Below, one piece after another: positions 42,118 to 51,704 of a stretch of 64,000 nt of DNA. The notes under the pieces were generated by a model that did no database searches, had not been told where the DNA came from, and saw only the letters and a program-made list of their open reading frames with translations. The stretch spans positions 9,066 to 73,065 of the forward strand of contig CAVOMB010000041.1 of assembly GCA_963696935.1 (NCBI GenBank), read 5' to 3'. The stretch comes from an uncultured Thermoleophilia bacterium (lineage in GTDB: Bacteria; Actinomycetota; Thermoleophilia; UBA2241). Both the position numbers and the translations under genes were made by a program. The stretch's first letter is position 1; every line of letters starts with the position of its first letter.

Positions 42118-43158
42118 CTAGTTGTTGATCCGCAGACAGGCGGCGTAGTGGTCGCCGCGGATGTGGACGTCTTCGGGGTCGGTCTCTTTACAGGCGTCGA
42201 TCGCCTCGGGGCAGCGCGGGTGGAACCGGCAACCCGTCGGGATGTCCACGGGGTTGGGCGTCTCTCCCTTGAGGATGACGTGCTCGCGCTTGGCCAGCGG
42301 ATCCGGCACCGGGATGACGCTGATGAGCGCCTTGGTGTAGGGATGCTGCGGGTTGGCCACGACCTCTTCGGTCTCGCCGATCTCGACGATGCGCCCGAGG
42401 TACATCACGGCGATGCGGTCGCTGATCACCCACGCCAGCGAGAGGTCGTGCGTGATGAAGATGTACGTGACCCCGAGCTTCTCCTTCTCCTCCACCATCA
42501 GCTTGAGGATGTCGTTGCGGATGGAGACGTCGAGGGAGGCGACCGGCTCGTCGGCGACGATCACGTCCGGGTCGAGCACGGTGGCGCCGGCGATGCACAC
42601 GCGTTGCCGCTGCCCGCCCGAGAGCTCGTGCGGGTAGCGGTACAGGTACTCCGTCGCCGGCCTGAGGCCCGCCTCGTTGATGGCGGTGATGACCCGGTCT
42701 TCCTTCTCCCGCTCGCTCGAGGTGATGTTGTTGACCTCGAGCGGCTCGGCGACGATGTCGAAGATCGTCTGCTTGGGATTGATGGAGTTGTACGGGTCCT
42801 GGAAGATGATCTGCGCCTTCTTGCGGTACTCGCGCAGCTCCTTGCCGCTGAACTTCCGGACCGGCTTGCCCTTGTAGATGATCTCGCCGCCGGTGGCGTC
42901 TTCCAGGCGCAGGAGGGTGCGGCCGGTCGTCGTCTTGCCGCACCCCGACTCCCCGACCAGCGCGAGGATCTCACCCTTCATGATCTGGAAGGTGATGTGG
43001 TCGACCGCCTTCACGAACTTCTTCTCGGTGGCGACCATGCTTTTGAAGAAGCCTTGCTGGATCGGGAAGTACACCTCGAGGTCCTTGATGTCGAAGAGCA
43101 CCTCGCCGGCCTCGGGCGCGAGCTTGAGGTCCGGACGGTCGGTCTGCTCCGTGGCCAT
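42118..43158 (-). CDS. oligopeptide/dipeptide ABC transporter ATP-binding protein (OppF/DppF-like)
   Basis: Start at ATG 43158. Walker [10 protein letters not shown], signature LSGGQRQR, and the C-terminal oligo_HPY motif NPQHPYTKAL. Confidence 0.92.
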   Translation of the reverse strand: MATEQTDRPDLKLAPEAGEVLFDIKDLEVYFPIQQGFFKSMVATEKKFVKAVDHITFQIMKGEILALVGESGCGKTTTGRTLLRLEDATGGEIIYKGKPVRKFSGKELREYRKKAQIIFQDPYNSINPKQTIFDIVAEPLEVNNITSSEREKEDRVITAINEAGLRPATEYLYRYPHELSGGQRQRVCIAGATVLDPDVIVADEPVASLDVSIRNDILKLMVEEKEKLGVTYIFITHDLSLAWVISDRIAVMYLGRIVEIGETEEVVANPQHPYTKALISVIPVPDPLAKREHVILKGETPNPVDIPTGCRFHPRCPEAIDACKETDPEDVHIRGDHYAACLRINN

Positions 43159-43160
43159 CG

Positions 43161-44243
43161 TCACACCTCCACCGGTTCGGGGGTGGGCTCGTCGTCCGGC
43201 GCGACCACGGCACCGGCCATGCGCTTCGCGAGGAGGCAGCGCACGAAGTGACCCGGCTCGACCTCGGTGAGGCCCGGGTGGTCCGTCCTGCAGCTCTCGA
43301 TCCGCACGTCGCATCGCGGCTCGAACGCGCAGCCCGGCGGCGGGCTGATGAGGTTGGGCGGGTCGCCCTTGATCGAGCTCACCATCTCGCGCTTCTCGTG
43401 GATGTTGGGGAACGCCTTGATCAGTTGGCGCGTGTAGGGGTGCGTCGCGTTGTTGAAGATGTCGGCGGTGGTGCCGCTCTCCACGACCTCGCCGGCGTAC
43501 ATGACGACGCCCTTGTCGCAGGTCTCCGCCATGACCGAGAGGTCGTGGCTGATGAGGATGAAGGAGAGGTCGAGCTCCTTGCGCAGGCGCCCGATGAGCT
43601 CCAGGATCTGCGCCTGCACCATCACGTCGAGCGCCGTCGTCGGCTCGTCGCCGATGACCAGCTTGGGGTTGCACGCCAGCGCCATGGCGATCATGGCGCG
43701 CTGGCGCATGCCTCCCGACAGCTGGTGCGGGAAGTCCATGACCCGCTTGGGGTTGATGCCCACGAGGTCGAAGAGCTCCCGCGCGCGCACCATGGCCTGC
43801 TTCTCGCTGAGGCCCTCGTGCAGGCGGATGGGCTCGGCGATCTGCTTGCCGGTCTCCTGGACCGGGTTCAGAGCGTTCATCGCCCCCTGGAAGATGATGC
43901 TGATCTCCTTCCAGCGGATCTTGCTCATGCCGTACTCGGTGCGCTTGGCGAGGTTCCTGCCGTCGAAGAGGACGTCGCCGCTGACGATGCGGCCGTTCTC
44001 CGGCAGGAGCTTGAGCAGGCTCAGGGCCGCCGTCGTCTTGCCGCAGCCGGACTCGCCGGCGAGGCCGAGGCTCTCGCCGGGCTTGAGCGTGAAGCTCACG
44101 TCCTGCACGGCCTTGACGTCGCCGACGCCGAGCTTGAAGTAGGTGGTGAGCCCGCGGACGTCGAGCAGGCCTTCGTGCTCGATCCGTTCCACGGCCTTCT
44201 TCTCGGAGGCGGGCTTCGCTTTGGTGGCTGACCTGGCCATCAC
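43161..44243 (-). CDS. oligopeptide/dipeptide ABC transporter ATP-binding protein (OppD/DppD-like)
   Basis: 360 aa. [17 protein letters not shown] and THPYTRQL. Confidence 0.92.
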   Translation of the reverse strand: MMARSATKAKPASEKKAVERIEHEGLLDVRGLTTYFKLGVGDVKAVQDVSFTLKPGESLGLAGESGCGKTTAALSLLKLLPENGRIVSGDVLFDGRNLAKRTEYGMSKIRWKEISIIFQGAMNALNPVQETGKQIAEPIRLHEGLSEKQAMVRARELFDLVGINPKRVMDFPHQLSGGMRQRAMIAMALACNPKLVIGDEPTTALDVMVQAQILELIGRLRKELDLSFILISHDLSVMAETCDKGVVMYAGEVVESGTTADIFNNATHPYTRQLIKAFPNIHEKREMVSSIKGDPPNLISPPPGCAFEPRCDVRIESCRTDHPGLTEVEPGHFVRCLLAKRMAGAVVAPDDEPTPEPVEV

Positions 44244-45814
44244 TCGCCCCCCTGCTCGTCGTCCTCTATGTGGCCGCCTACCCAGCCCCCGCCGCCCTCA
44301 GGATGGATGGAGCCGCCGGCCGGCTGGTTGAAGTCGGGCATGGCGTCGTCGGTCTGCTGACCCGGCGTGAACAAGCCGGCGCTGCCGCCCACGCCACCGC
44401 CGCCGGCCACGGCCACCTGCGGCTCACCGCGGGCCGTGAAGCGGCTCTCGCCGGTGCTGTCCTCGCGCTTGCGCAGCTTGGGATCGAGCACCTCGTCGTA
44501 GGCCGTGCCGATGAACGTGAACGCGAGCACCACCAGGATGATGGCGATGCCCGGCGGGAGCAGGTACCACCACGCGGGCAGGCCGGCGGCACCGTTGACC
44601 CACGCGTTGTGCAGCATGGTGCCCCAGCTGAAGTTGAGCGGGTCGCCGAGCCCCAGGAACGACAGGGTCGTCTCCGAGAGGATCGCGATGGCGACCACGA
44701 GCACCAGGTTGGCGAAGATCAGCGGCATCACGTTGGGCAGCACGTGCTTGCTCATGATGTGCCCGTTCTTGGAGCCGATGGCCCTGGCCCGCTCGATGAA
44801 GCTGAGCTCGCGCACGCGCAGGACGTCCGAGCGGACCACGCGCGCCGTACCCGGCCAGCTGGTGATACCGATGATGACGATGATGAGCCAGAAGTTCTGA
44901 CCCCAGGCCGCGACCAGCACCATGGCGAGCGGCAGCCAGGGGATGACCAGGAACGCGTCTGTTAACCGCATCCACGCTTCGCCTTGCCACCCCCCGTAGA
45001 AGCCTGCGGCGATGCCGATGCCGGCGCCGAGGACGGTGGCCATGAGGGCTGCGAGCAGCCCAACCAGCAGCGAGATGCGCGCGCTCCAGATGAACTCCGC
45101 GAGCACGCTCTGGCCCACCTGGTCGGTGCCGAACCAGTTGTAGTAGTACGCGGTCGGCGGGTGATACGGGCCGTAGAGCTCGCCCGTCGCGGGGTCCTTG
45201 ATCTGAGCATTGGGATCGAGCAGCGCGTGGTCGGCGAGGAACGGCGCCAGCAGAGCCATGGCCAGGAACACGATGAGGATGCCGAGGCCGATGATGCCCT
45301 GCATGTTGCCGCGGTACAGCCGCCACACCTGATGCGTGTTCCAGGTGGTGAGTTCCGCGCGCTCGGGGTTGCCGGCGGCCCAGAAGTACACGGTGACGCC
45401 GCCGAGCAGGATGGCCACCGTCTGGACGGCCCAGTTGTAGGTGATCACGTTCTCGCCGGCGGACCAGCCGCCGAACCCGCCGCCGGCGAGCACGGCCCAC
45501 ACGACGAACAGGGCGCCCTCGACCAGCAGGAGCACATTGAAGGTCACAGCCTTGCTGCGGCGCACCAGGCCGATGACGCCGGCGGCGAAGCAGCAGATGG
45601 CAAGGAGGATCATGACCCACGGCGGGTAGGCGCCGACGGTCTCGGCGAAGAACCCCTTGATCACCGCACGGAAGCCGCTGGTGATCGGGACGGTCTTTGG
45701 ATACGTGAGCAACTCGAGGACGATCCAGAGCATGATCGTCCAGAAGACGACCCAGTTGCGGAAGCGACGGGGCACGAGCGGTGCTGCGGCGTGGTCCTTG
45801 CCTTGCCCGTTCAT
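44240..45814 (-). CDS. ABC transporter permease (OppC/DppC-like) with ~160-aa extra N-terminal 4-TM module and Gly-rich C-terminal tail
   Basis: 524 aa. The canonical core starts near WRLYRGNMQGIIGLGIL and contains an EAA-like loop (IERARAIGSKNGHIMSKHVLPN). The N-terminus has four hydrophobic segments. Confidence 0.88.
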   Translation of the reverse strand: MNGQGKDHAAAPLVPRRFRNWVVFWTIMLWIVLELLTYPKTVPITSGFRAVIKGFFAETVGAYPPWVMILLAICCFAAGVIGLVRRSKAVTFNVLLLVEGALFVVWAVLAGGGFGGWSAGENVITYNWAVQTVAILLGGVTVYFWAAGNPERAELTTWNTHQVWRLYRGNMQGIIGLGILIVFLAMALLAPFLADHALLDPNAQIKDPATGELYGPYHPPTAYYYNWFGTDQVGQSVLAEFIWSARISLLVGLLAALMATVLGAGIGIAAGFYGGWQGEAWMRLTDAFLVIPWLPLAMVLVAAWGQNFWLIIVIIGITSWPGTARVVRSDVLRVRELSFIERARAIGSKNGHIMSKHVLPNVMPLIFANLVLVVAIAILSETTLSFLGLGDPLNFSWGTMLHNAWVNGAAGLPAWWYLLPPGIAIILVVLAFTFIGTAYDEVLDPKLRKREDSTGESRFTARGEPQVAVAGGGGVGGSAGLFTPGQQTDDAMPDFNQPAGGSIHPEGGGGWVGGHIEDDEQGGE

Positions 45815-46800
45815 GCCTGCACCCTTGGGTCGAGGTAGTAGTACATGATGTCGGCGATGAGGTTGGCGACGATCACCGCGACGCTGGCGATGAGGAACAC
45901 GGCCTGCATCACGGGGTAGTCGCGCTTCTGCATCGAGTCGTAGGACAGCAAGCCCAGACCCGGCCAGTTGAAGACGCTCTCCGCGAGGATCGCGCCCGAC
46001 ATCACGAACCCGAGGTTCATCATCACGATGGTCACCGTGGGCAGCATCGCGTTGGGCACCACGTGCCGCCAGAGGACCGAGTTCTCACTCAGGCCCTTGG
46101 CGCGGGCGGTGAGTGCGAAATCCTCCTTCATCACGCCGGTGATGGAGCTGCGCATGATGAGGTGGTACTCGCCGACGTAGGCGACGGCGAACGTGAACGC
46201 CGGCAGGAACAGGTGCTTCATCAGCGACTGGAAGGCGGCGAAGCCGCTGAGCTCCACCCCCGGCTCTTCCATGCGCCCGGTGGGGAACCAGCGGAGCTTG
46301 GTCGCGAACAGCATGATCATCAGGAGGCCGAACCAGAAGGTAGGCATGGCGTACAACACCATGCCTAAGTTGGTACTCACAACATCGTAAGTGCCGTTGC
46401 GTCTCCACCCCGCGAAGACGCCGGTGATCATACCTATGATGGTGGCAAAGACCGTGCCCACCCCCACGAGTAGGATGGTGGGCCAGATGCGCTCTGCGAC
46501 GACCTCGGTGACGGGGCGCTTCTCGGAGAACGACATGCCGAACTTGCCCTGGATGGTGTCGCGCCAGTAGTAGAGGAACTGGACCTGCAGAGGCTTGTCG
46601 AGGTTGAACGTCTTGCGCTGGCGCTCGATGACCGACGGGTCCGTCTTCCCTTTGGGGAGCAGGAGCCTGGCCGGGTCGCCCGGGAGGATGCGGAAGAGCG
46701 CGAAGTTGAACGAGGCCACGAGGACGACCGTGAGGACCGCGTTCAGGATCTTCCGGATGAAGTACCTGCGTTTGTCCACGTCACTGCGGGCCCCCCTCAC
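45811..46800 (-). CDS. ABC transporter permease (OppB/DppB-like)
   Basis: 329 aa. YFIRKILNAVLTVVLVASFNFALFRILPGDP is the typical OppB N-terminus. The true start may be the internal GTG (VDKRRY...) about 21 nt downstream. Confidence 0.9.
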   Translation of the reverse strand: MRGARSDVDKRRYFIRKILNAVLTVVLVASFNFALFRILPGDPARLLLPKGKTDPSVIERQRKTFNLDKPLQVQFLYYWRDTIQGKFGMSFSEKRPVTEVVAERIWPTILLVGVGTVFATIIGMITGVFAGWRRNGTYDVVSTNLGMVLYAMPTFWFGLLMIMLFATKLRWFPTGRMEEPGVELSGFAAFQSLMKHLFLPAFTFAVAYVGEYHLIMRSSITGVMKEDFALTARAKGLSENSVLWRHVVPNAMLPTVTIVMMNLGFVMSGAILAESVFNWPGLGLLSYDSMQKRDYPVMQAVFLIASVAVIVANLIADIMYYYLDPRVQA

Positions 46801-47003
46801 TCCCCTCGGAGCGCTGCGGACCCTTACCCCCTTCTCACATCCGTGGTTGCCGGACCCCTGATGACACTCGAAATGCCGTACCAGATAGACGGCTCTGGAG
46901 AGAGCCTCGTGTGGTTAGACGGAAGCCTCTCCCGGTTCCGTCGGGTGAGTGCCTCAGAATATGCGCGCCGGGGAGGCGCGGCAAGGCGAGCGGTGCGGGT
47001 GGG

Positions 47004-48116
47004 TCAGACCCCGGGCAGCCGCGCCTCGCGGCCGGCGCGCCGCAGCGACTCCACGAGCCGGTCGAGCGGCAGCTCATAGGCGGTGTTGCCGTCGCGGCCC
47101 ACCGTGGTCGTGGCGGCCGTGAGGGCGTTGCAGACGCTCTCGGCCGTGGCGTCCACCGCGGCCTCGAAGAGCTCGAACATCTGGTCGTTGGTCACGGCCG
47201 CGAGGGTGAAGAGCTCGTCCGCCTTGCGCGGCAGCCGAAAGGCGGTGGAGAACGCGACCATGATCTCGCCGCTGCCGTCGGACGCGTAGGAGCCCGTCGC
47301 GGCCAGCCCCAGGGAGCAGCGCTTGGCCATGCGCTCGCACTGGCGGGCGGTGAGCGGCGCGTCCGTGGCCAGTACCACGATGCACGACCCCTCCCTGTTC
47401 TCCAGCGGCATGAGGTCGGGTATGTCGCGGCCCACGGGGACGCCGTCCACACTCAGGCGGTGGCGCACGCCGAAGTTGGTGAGCGCCAGCACCCCGACCG
47501 TCCACTGGGCACCGTGCGCCGTGGCCACCCGGGACGAGGTGCCGATGCCGGCCTTGAAGTCGAAGCACGACATGCCGGCGCCGGCCCCGACGCAGCCTTC
47601 GGCCACGGGGCCGGCCTCCGCGGAGTCGAGCGCCGCGCGGACGTGCTCCTCGCGCACGTGCATGCCGCGCAGGTCGTTGAGGAACCCGTCGTCGCACTCG
47701 CCGACCACGGGCATCACGGCGTCCTCGATGCCGGCGGACGGCTCCCGGTCGAGCACCCAGCGCACGGTCGCGTCGTACACGGCGCCGGCGCTCTGCGAGT
47801 TGGTGAGCAGGATGGGTGTCTCGATGAGGCCCCACTCACGGATGGCGCTGATGCCGATGACCTCGCCGACGCCGTTGGCGGCGTGGGCGCCGGCGACGAC
47901 ACGCTGGCGCCAGAGGTCGCCGGAGTGCGGGAAGATGGCGGTGACGCCCGTGCGGGCGGGCCCGCTGCCGGAAGGCAGCTCGGGCCCGCCCCACGAGACG
48001 GTGCTGTGGCCGACGCGCACGCCGGGCACGTCGGTGATCGCGTTGAGCGATCCGGCCGGCAGCCTGCCGACGGCGACGCCGAGGTCGCGCAGGCGACAGC
48101 GCTCCGGCGCGGTCAT
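47004..48116 (-). CDS. DmpA/BapA-type (peptidase S58, P1) L-aminopeptidase/D-esterase-family Ntn hydrolase
   Basis: 370 aa. ITDVPGVRVGH...TGVTAI...GECDDGFLND...GSCIVVLATDAPL, where the self-cleavage G/S-type site is expected. Confidence 0.8.
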   Translation of the reverse strand: MTAPERCRLRDLGVAVGRLPAGSLNAITDVPGVRVGHSTVSWGGPELPSGSGPARTGVTAIFPHSGDLWRQRVVAGAHAANGVGEVIGISAIREWGLIETPILLTNSQSAGAVYDATVRWVLDREPSAGIEDAVMPVVGECDDGFLNDLRGMHVREEHVRAALDSAEAGPVAEGCVGAGAGMSCFDFKAGIGTSSRVATAHGAQWTVGVLALTNFGVRHRLSVDGVPVGRDIPDLMPLENREGSCIVVLATDAPLTARQCERMAKRCSLGLAATGSYASDGSGEIMVAFSTAFRLPRKADELFTLAAVTNDQMFELFEAAVDATAESVCNALTAATTTVGRDGNTAYELPLDRLVESLRRAGREARLPGV

Positions 48117-48123
48117 GGTCCTG

Positions 48124-48942
48124 TTACTCCAGGATGCCGGCGCGGTGGGCCTTGAGGTATGCGCCGCAGAAGTTGTCCTCGCCGCGGAGCGCCTCGACCG
48201 ACTTGATGGTCGCCATCATCTGCTTGTTGCGCACGTCGACGATGAGGCCGTCGAGGCCGAGGCCGGCGCACATGGCCACGAAGGTGCGGTTGAGCAGGCC
48301 GCGGTTCGGCAGGCCGAAGCTCACGTTGCTGAGACCGCCGGTGGTGCGGGACGGCAGACGGTCCTTGACCAGCTTGAGCGTCTCCATGGTGACGCCCGGA
48401 GCGGACGGATCGGCGGACACGGCCATGACCAGCGGGTCGACCCAGAGGTCCTCAGCCGGAAGGCCGGCGCCGGTGCACAGGTCGAAGATCTTCTGCGCGA
48501 CGGCAAAGCGGTCCTCGGCGGTCGGCGGGATGCCCTCGTCGCTCAGGCAGAGGCCGACGACCGGGCACTTGTGCTTCTCCACCAGCGGGAGCACGGCGTC
48601 GATGCGCGGCTGCTCACCGGAGATCGAGTTGATGAACGGCACCTTGCCGCCCTTGTCGATGATGGCCTGTACCCCGGCGTCGAGCGCCTTGGGGTTGGCC
48701 GAGTCGACCATGAGCTGCATGTCGGTGACGCCCATGACGACCTCGATGAGCCACAAGAGGTCCTCGACCTCGTTGCCGCCGGCGACGCCGCCGTTGACAT
48801 CGAGAAGACCGGCGCCGGCGTCGATCTGGTCCTGCGCCAAGGCCTTGATGAACTCCACGTCACGCGCCTGGATCGCCTCGGCGACCGCCTTGCGCGTCCC
48901 GTTGATCGATTCACCCATCAACAGCATCTCAACAACCTCCAC
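48124..48942 (-). CDS. pterin-binding methyltetrahydrofolate:corrinoid methyltransferase (MeTr/MtgA/MtqA-like)
   Basis: 272 aa. LLMGESINGTRKAVAEAIQARDVEFIKALAQDQIDAGAGLLDVNGG is the classic Pterin_bind N-terminus. ATG 48927 is the likelier start, with GGAGG 8 nt upstream. Confidence 0.85.
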   Translation of the reverse strand: MEVVEMLLMGESINGTRKAVAEAIQARDVEFIKALAQDQIDAGAGLLDVNGGVAGGNEVEDLLWLIEVVMGVTDMQLMVDSANPKALDAGVQAIIDKGGKVPFINSISGEQPRIDAVLPLVEKHKCPVVGLCLSDEGIPPTAEDRFAVAQKIFDLCTGAGLPAEDLWVDPLVMAVSADPSAPGVTMETLKLVKDRLPSRTTGGLSNVSFGLPNRGLLNRTFVAMCAGLGLDGLIVDVRNKQMMATIKSVEALRGEDNFCGAYLKAHRAGILE

Positions 48943-49063
48943 GACGATTACCCGGGACGGACGCCTGTGAGTATATGCGAAGGTTTGTGCGCTAGTGAAC
49001 CTGATCCGGCGGGCGCCGGGCGCGGCGAGGCTGGAGGGTCGCGGCGGAGGTCGCGGGAGGAGC

Positions 49064-49309
49064 TCAGACGCCGTCGGGCGGCGGGACGATCCAAGCCGGC
49101 GGGCGGCGGCGGCGGTCCTCGCGGCGGCGCTCGCGGGCCCGCGGCCCGCCCTCGCGGCGGCGCTCCTCTACCCGGCGGTCGATCCTGACCTCGACGTCGT
49201 CTCGCCCGCTGAAGAGCGCGGCGAAGTGCTCGTAGAGCCGCTCGCGCTGCGGCCCGGTCACGAAGAGCACGTGCTCGGCATGTACGGTTTTCACGCTCTC
49301 GTTCACCAC
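49064..49309 (-). CDS. hypothetical small protein with Arg-rich C-terminal tail
   Basis: 81 aa: MVNESVKTVHAEHVLFVTGPQRERLYEHFAALFSGRDDVEVRIDRRVEERRRE.... It sits in operon context between ALDH and MeTr. No family named with confidence. Confidence 0.4.
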   Translation of the reverse strand: MVNESVKTVHAEHVLFVTGPQRERLYEHFAALFSGRDDVEVRIDRRVEERRREGGPRARERRREDRRRRPPAWIVPPPDGV

Positions 49310-49378
49310 ATCGGTACTGTACCCCGCGCGGACGGCAGTGACAGACGCGGGCGTAGCCGGGCCTGTGCACGCGACTGC

Positions 49379-50821
49379 TCAGGCGTAGGTGATGTACACC
49401 GTCTTGATGCGCGTGTAGAAGTCGCGCGCGGCCGGGCCCTGCTCCTTGAACGTGTTGGCGCTGGACTGTTTGAAGCCGCCGAACGGCGCCTGCAGGGCGA
49501 GGCCGGTGGTCGGCTCGTTGACCTTGACCACGCCGGCCTCGATGCGGTCGACGAACGTCAGCGCCCGGCGCAGGTCGTTGGTGACGACGCTGGCGGCGAG
49601 GCCGTAGCCGACGGCGTTGGCCTTGAAGATGGCGTCGTCGAGGTCCCGGGCGCGGATGATGCCGACCACTGGGCCGAAGATCTCCTCCTGAGCCAGACGG
49701 CTGTGGACCTCGACACTGTCGAAGACCGTGGGGCGCAGGAAGTGGCCGGCGTTCGCGGCGCGGCCGCCGCCGGCCAGCAGCTCCGCCCCCTCCTCGCGGC
49801 CGATGCGCACGTAGTCGAGGTCGGTCTCGAGCTGGTCCGCGCTGACGGCCGGACCCATCTGCACACCCTCCTCGAGGCCGTCGCCGATGTTGAGCGCGTC
49901 GGCGGCCTCGGCGAGAGCGTCGGCGAAGCGGTCGGCGATGCCCTCCTCGACGATCACCCGGCTCGTGGCCGTGCAGCTCTGCCCGGTGAGCCCGAAACCG
50001 CCCATGACCGCCAGCCGGACGGCCAGCCGCAGGTCTGCGTCGTCGAGGACGATGGTCGGGTTCTTGCCGCCCATCTCGAGCTGCACGCGCGCGAAGTGCT
50101 CCGCGGCGCGCGCGTAGATCCGCGACCCGGTGTCGCGCGACCCCGTGAAGGTGAGGCCCTGCACCACGGGGTCGCCGGAGAACGCCGCACCCACGACGGA
50201 GCCCGGGCCGGTGACCAGGTTGAGCACCCCGGCCGGCAGACCGGCGTCGACGAGACACTCCACCAGGCGCAGTGCCGTGAGCGGCGTGTCGCTGGCCGGT
50301 TTGAAGACGACGGTGTCGCCGTAGGCGAGCGCCGGGGCGATCTTCCAGGCGGGGATGGCGATGGGGAAGTTCCACGGCGTGATGGCGGCGACGACCCCGA
50401 GCGGCTCGCGGCGGCTGAACAGCATGCCGTCCGGGGCGTTGGGCGGCAGGACGTCGCCGCCCATGCGCCAGCCCTCACCGCCGAAGTACCGCAGGATGTC
50501 GCGCGCGCGGACGACCTCGCCGGTGGCCTCGGCGAGAGTCTTGCCCTCCTCGCGCGTGAGCGTGCGCGCCACCTCGTCGAGACGCTCGGTGAGCAACTCC
50601 GCGGCCTTGAAGAGGATGGCGCCGCGGTTCGGCGCCGGCGTGAGCCGCCAGGCGGGGGACGCCTCGGCCGCCGCGGCAGCGGCCTGAGCCGCGTCGGCGG
50701 CGGTCGCGCTCGGGAACACGGCGAGGACCTCGTCCGGGGCGGCCGGGTTCCTCGTCTCGAAGCTGGCGTGGTCGCTGGAGCCGACCCACTCGCCGCCGAT
50801 CAGATTCTTGCACGTCTCCAT
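49379..50821 (-). CDS. NAD(P)+-dependent aldehyde dehydrogenase
   Basis: 480 aa. ITPWNFP, FTGS, catalytic ELGG-equivalent LEMGGKNP, and Cys in GQSCTA. Confidence 0.92.
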   Translation of the reverse strand: METCKNLIGGEWVGSSDHASFETRNPAAPDEVLAVFPSATAADAAQAAAAAAEASPAWRLTPAPNRGAILFKAAELLTERLDEVARTLTREEGKTLAEATGEVVRARDILRYFGGEGWRMGGDVLPPNAPDGMLFSRREPLGVVAAITPWNFPIAIPAWKIAPALAYGDTVVFKPASDTPLTALRLVECLVDAGLPAGVLNLVTGPGSVVGAAFSGDPVVQGLTFTGSRDTGSRIYARAAEHFARVQLEMGGKNPTIVLDDADLRLAVRLAVMGGFGLTGQSCTATSRVIVEEGIADRFADALAEAADALNIGDGLEEGVQMGPAVSADQLETDLDYVRIGREEGAELLAGGGRAANAGHFLRPTVFDSVEVHSRLAQEEIFGPVVGIIRARDLDDAIFKANAVGYGLAASVVTNDLRRALTFVDRIEAGVVKVNEPTTGLALQAPFGGFKQSSANTFKEQGPAARDFYTRIKTVYITYA

Positions 50822-50876
50822 CGTCTGCCCCCCCGTCGCGATGCGTGGCCCGCCTCACGCAACGATACTACGGGCT

Positions 50877-51704
50877 TTACGCCTCCGGCAGCGGGACGAG
50901 CACGCGATCCGAGAGGCGAAGCGTCTCGCGATACCCCGCCTCCCGGGCGTGGCCGATGGCCTCGCCCCAGGCGCGCGCCACGTGCTCAACCTCGTGCGCG
51001 TCCGAGTCGATGGTCAGAGGGATGCCGCGCGCGCGAGCGCCGTGCAGTATCTCGAGCGACGGGTACATGACGCCGGCCGCGTCGGTGAAGCGGTCCGTGT
51101 TCAGCTCGATGGCGGCGCCGCAGGCCGCGAGCGCGTCCAGCGCCGCGTCGATCTCCGGCAGGACCGCCGCACCAGGCCGGTGCCCCCACAGGCCGATGTA
51201 GTCCATGTGCGCGAGGATGTCGAAGCGCCCCCACTCGGCCGCCCGCCGAACGGTGCGGTAGTAGGCGGCCAGCAAGGCGTCCGGGTCGTCCCAACGAGGG
51301 TCCTTGCGCAGAGCCGGGTCGTCGAAGATGAACCCGTCCACTTCGTGCACTCCGAGGACGACGACCTCGAACGGCCAGGCGGCGAGCAGTTCCTCGAGTT
51401 GCTGCTCCTGGCCGGCCACGTACTCGGCTTCCAGCCCGAGGAGCACCTTCACGTCGTCGTGACGCGCCGCCACGGCGTGCACCTCGTCCAGGTACTCGCC
51501 GAGCCGCTCCGGCCGCAGCCACCAGTCCTCGCCCAGGCCCGGCGCCGGCGTTACGTGCTCGGCGACGGCGATCTCGGGCAGGCCGAGCTCGGCGGCCCGG
51601 CGGGCGACGTCCTCGACGCTGCCCCTGCCGTCCGACCACTCCGTGTGGATGTGGTAGTCGCCGGGCGTGACCAGGCGAGCGGCGTCCGGCCTGGGCGCGG
51701 TCAT
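50877..51704 (-). CDS. PHP-domain (histidinol-phosphatase-like) metal-dependent phosphoesterase
   Basis: Start at ATG 51704, overlapping the upstream stop (ATGA): MTAPRPDAARLVTPGDYHIHTEWSDG...AEHV...LAHMDY...IDSDAH. Confidence 0.8.
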   Translation of the reverse strand: MTAPRPDAARLVTPGDYHIHTEWSDGRGSVEDVARRAAELGLPEIAVAEHVTPAPGLGEDWWLRPERLGEYLDEVHAVAARHDDVKVLLGLEAEYVAGQEQQLEELLAAWPFEVVVLGVHEVDGFIFDDPALRKDPRWDDPDALLAAYYRTVRRAAEWGRFDILAHMDYIGLWGHRPGAAVLPEIDAALDALAACGAAIELNTDRFTDAAGVMYPSLEILHGARARGIPLTIDSDAHEVEHVARAWGEAIGHAREAGYRETLRLSDRVLVPLPEA

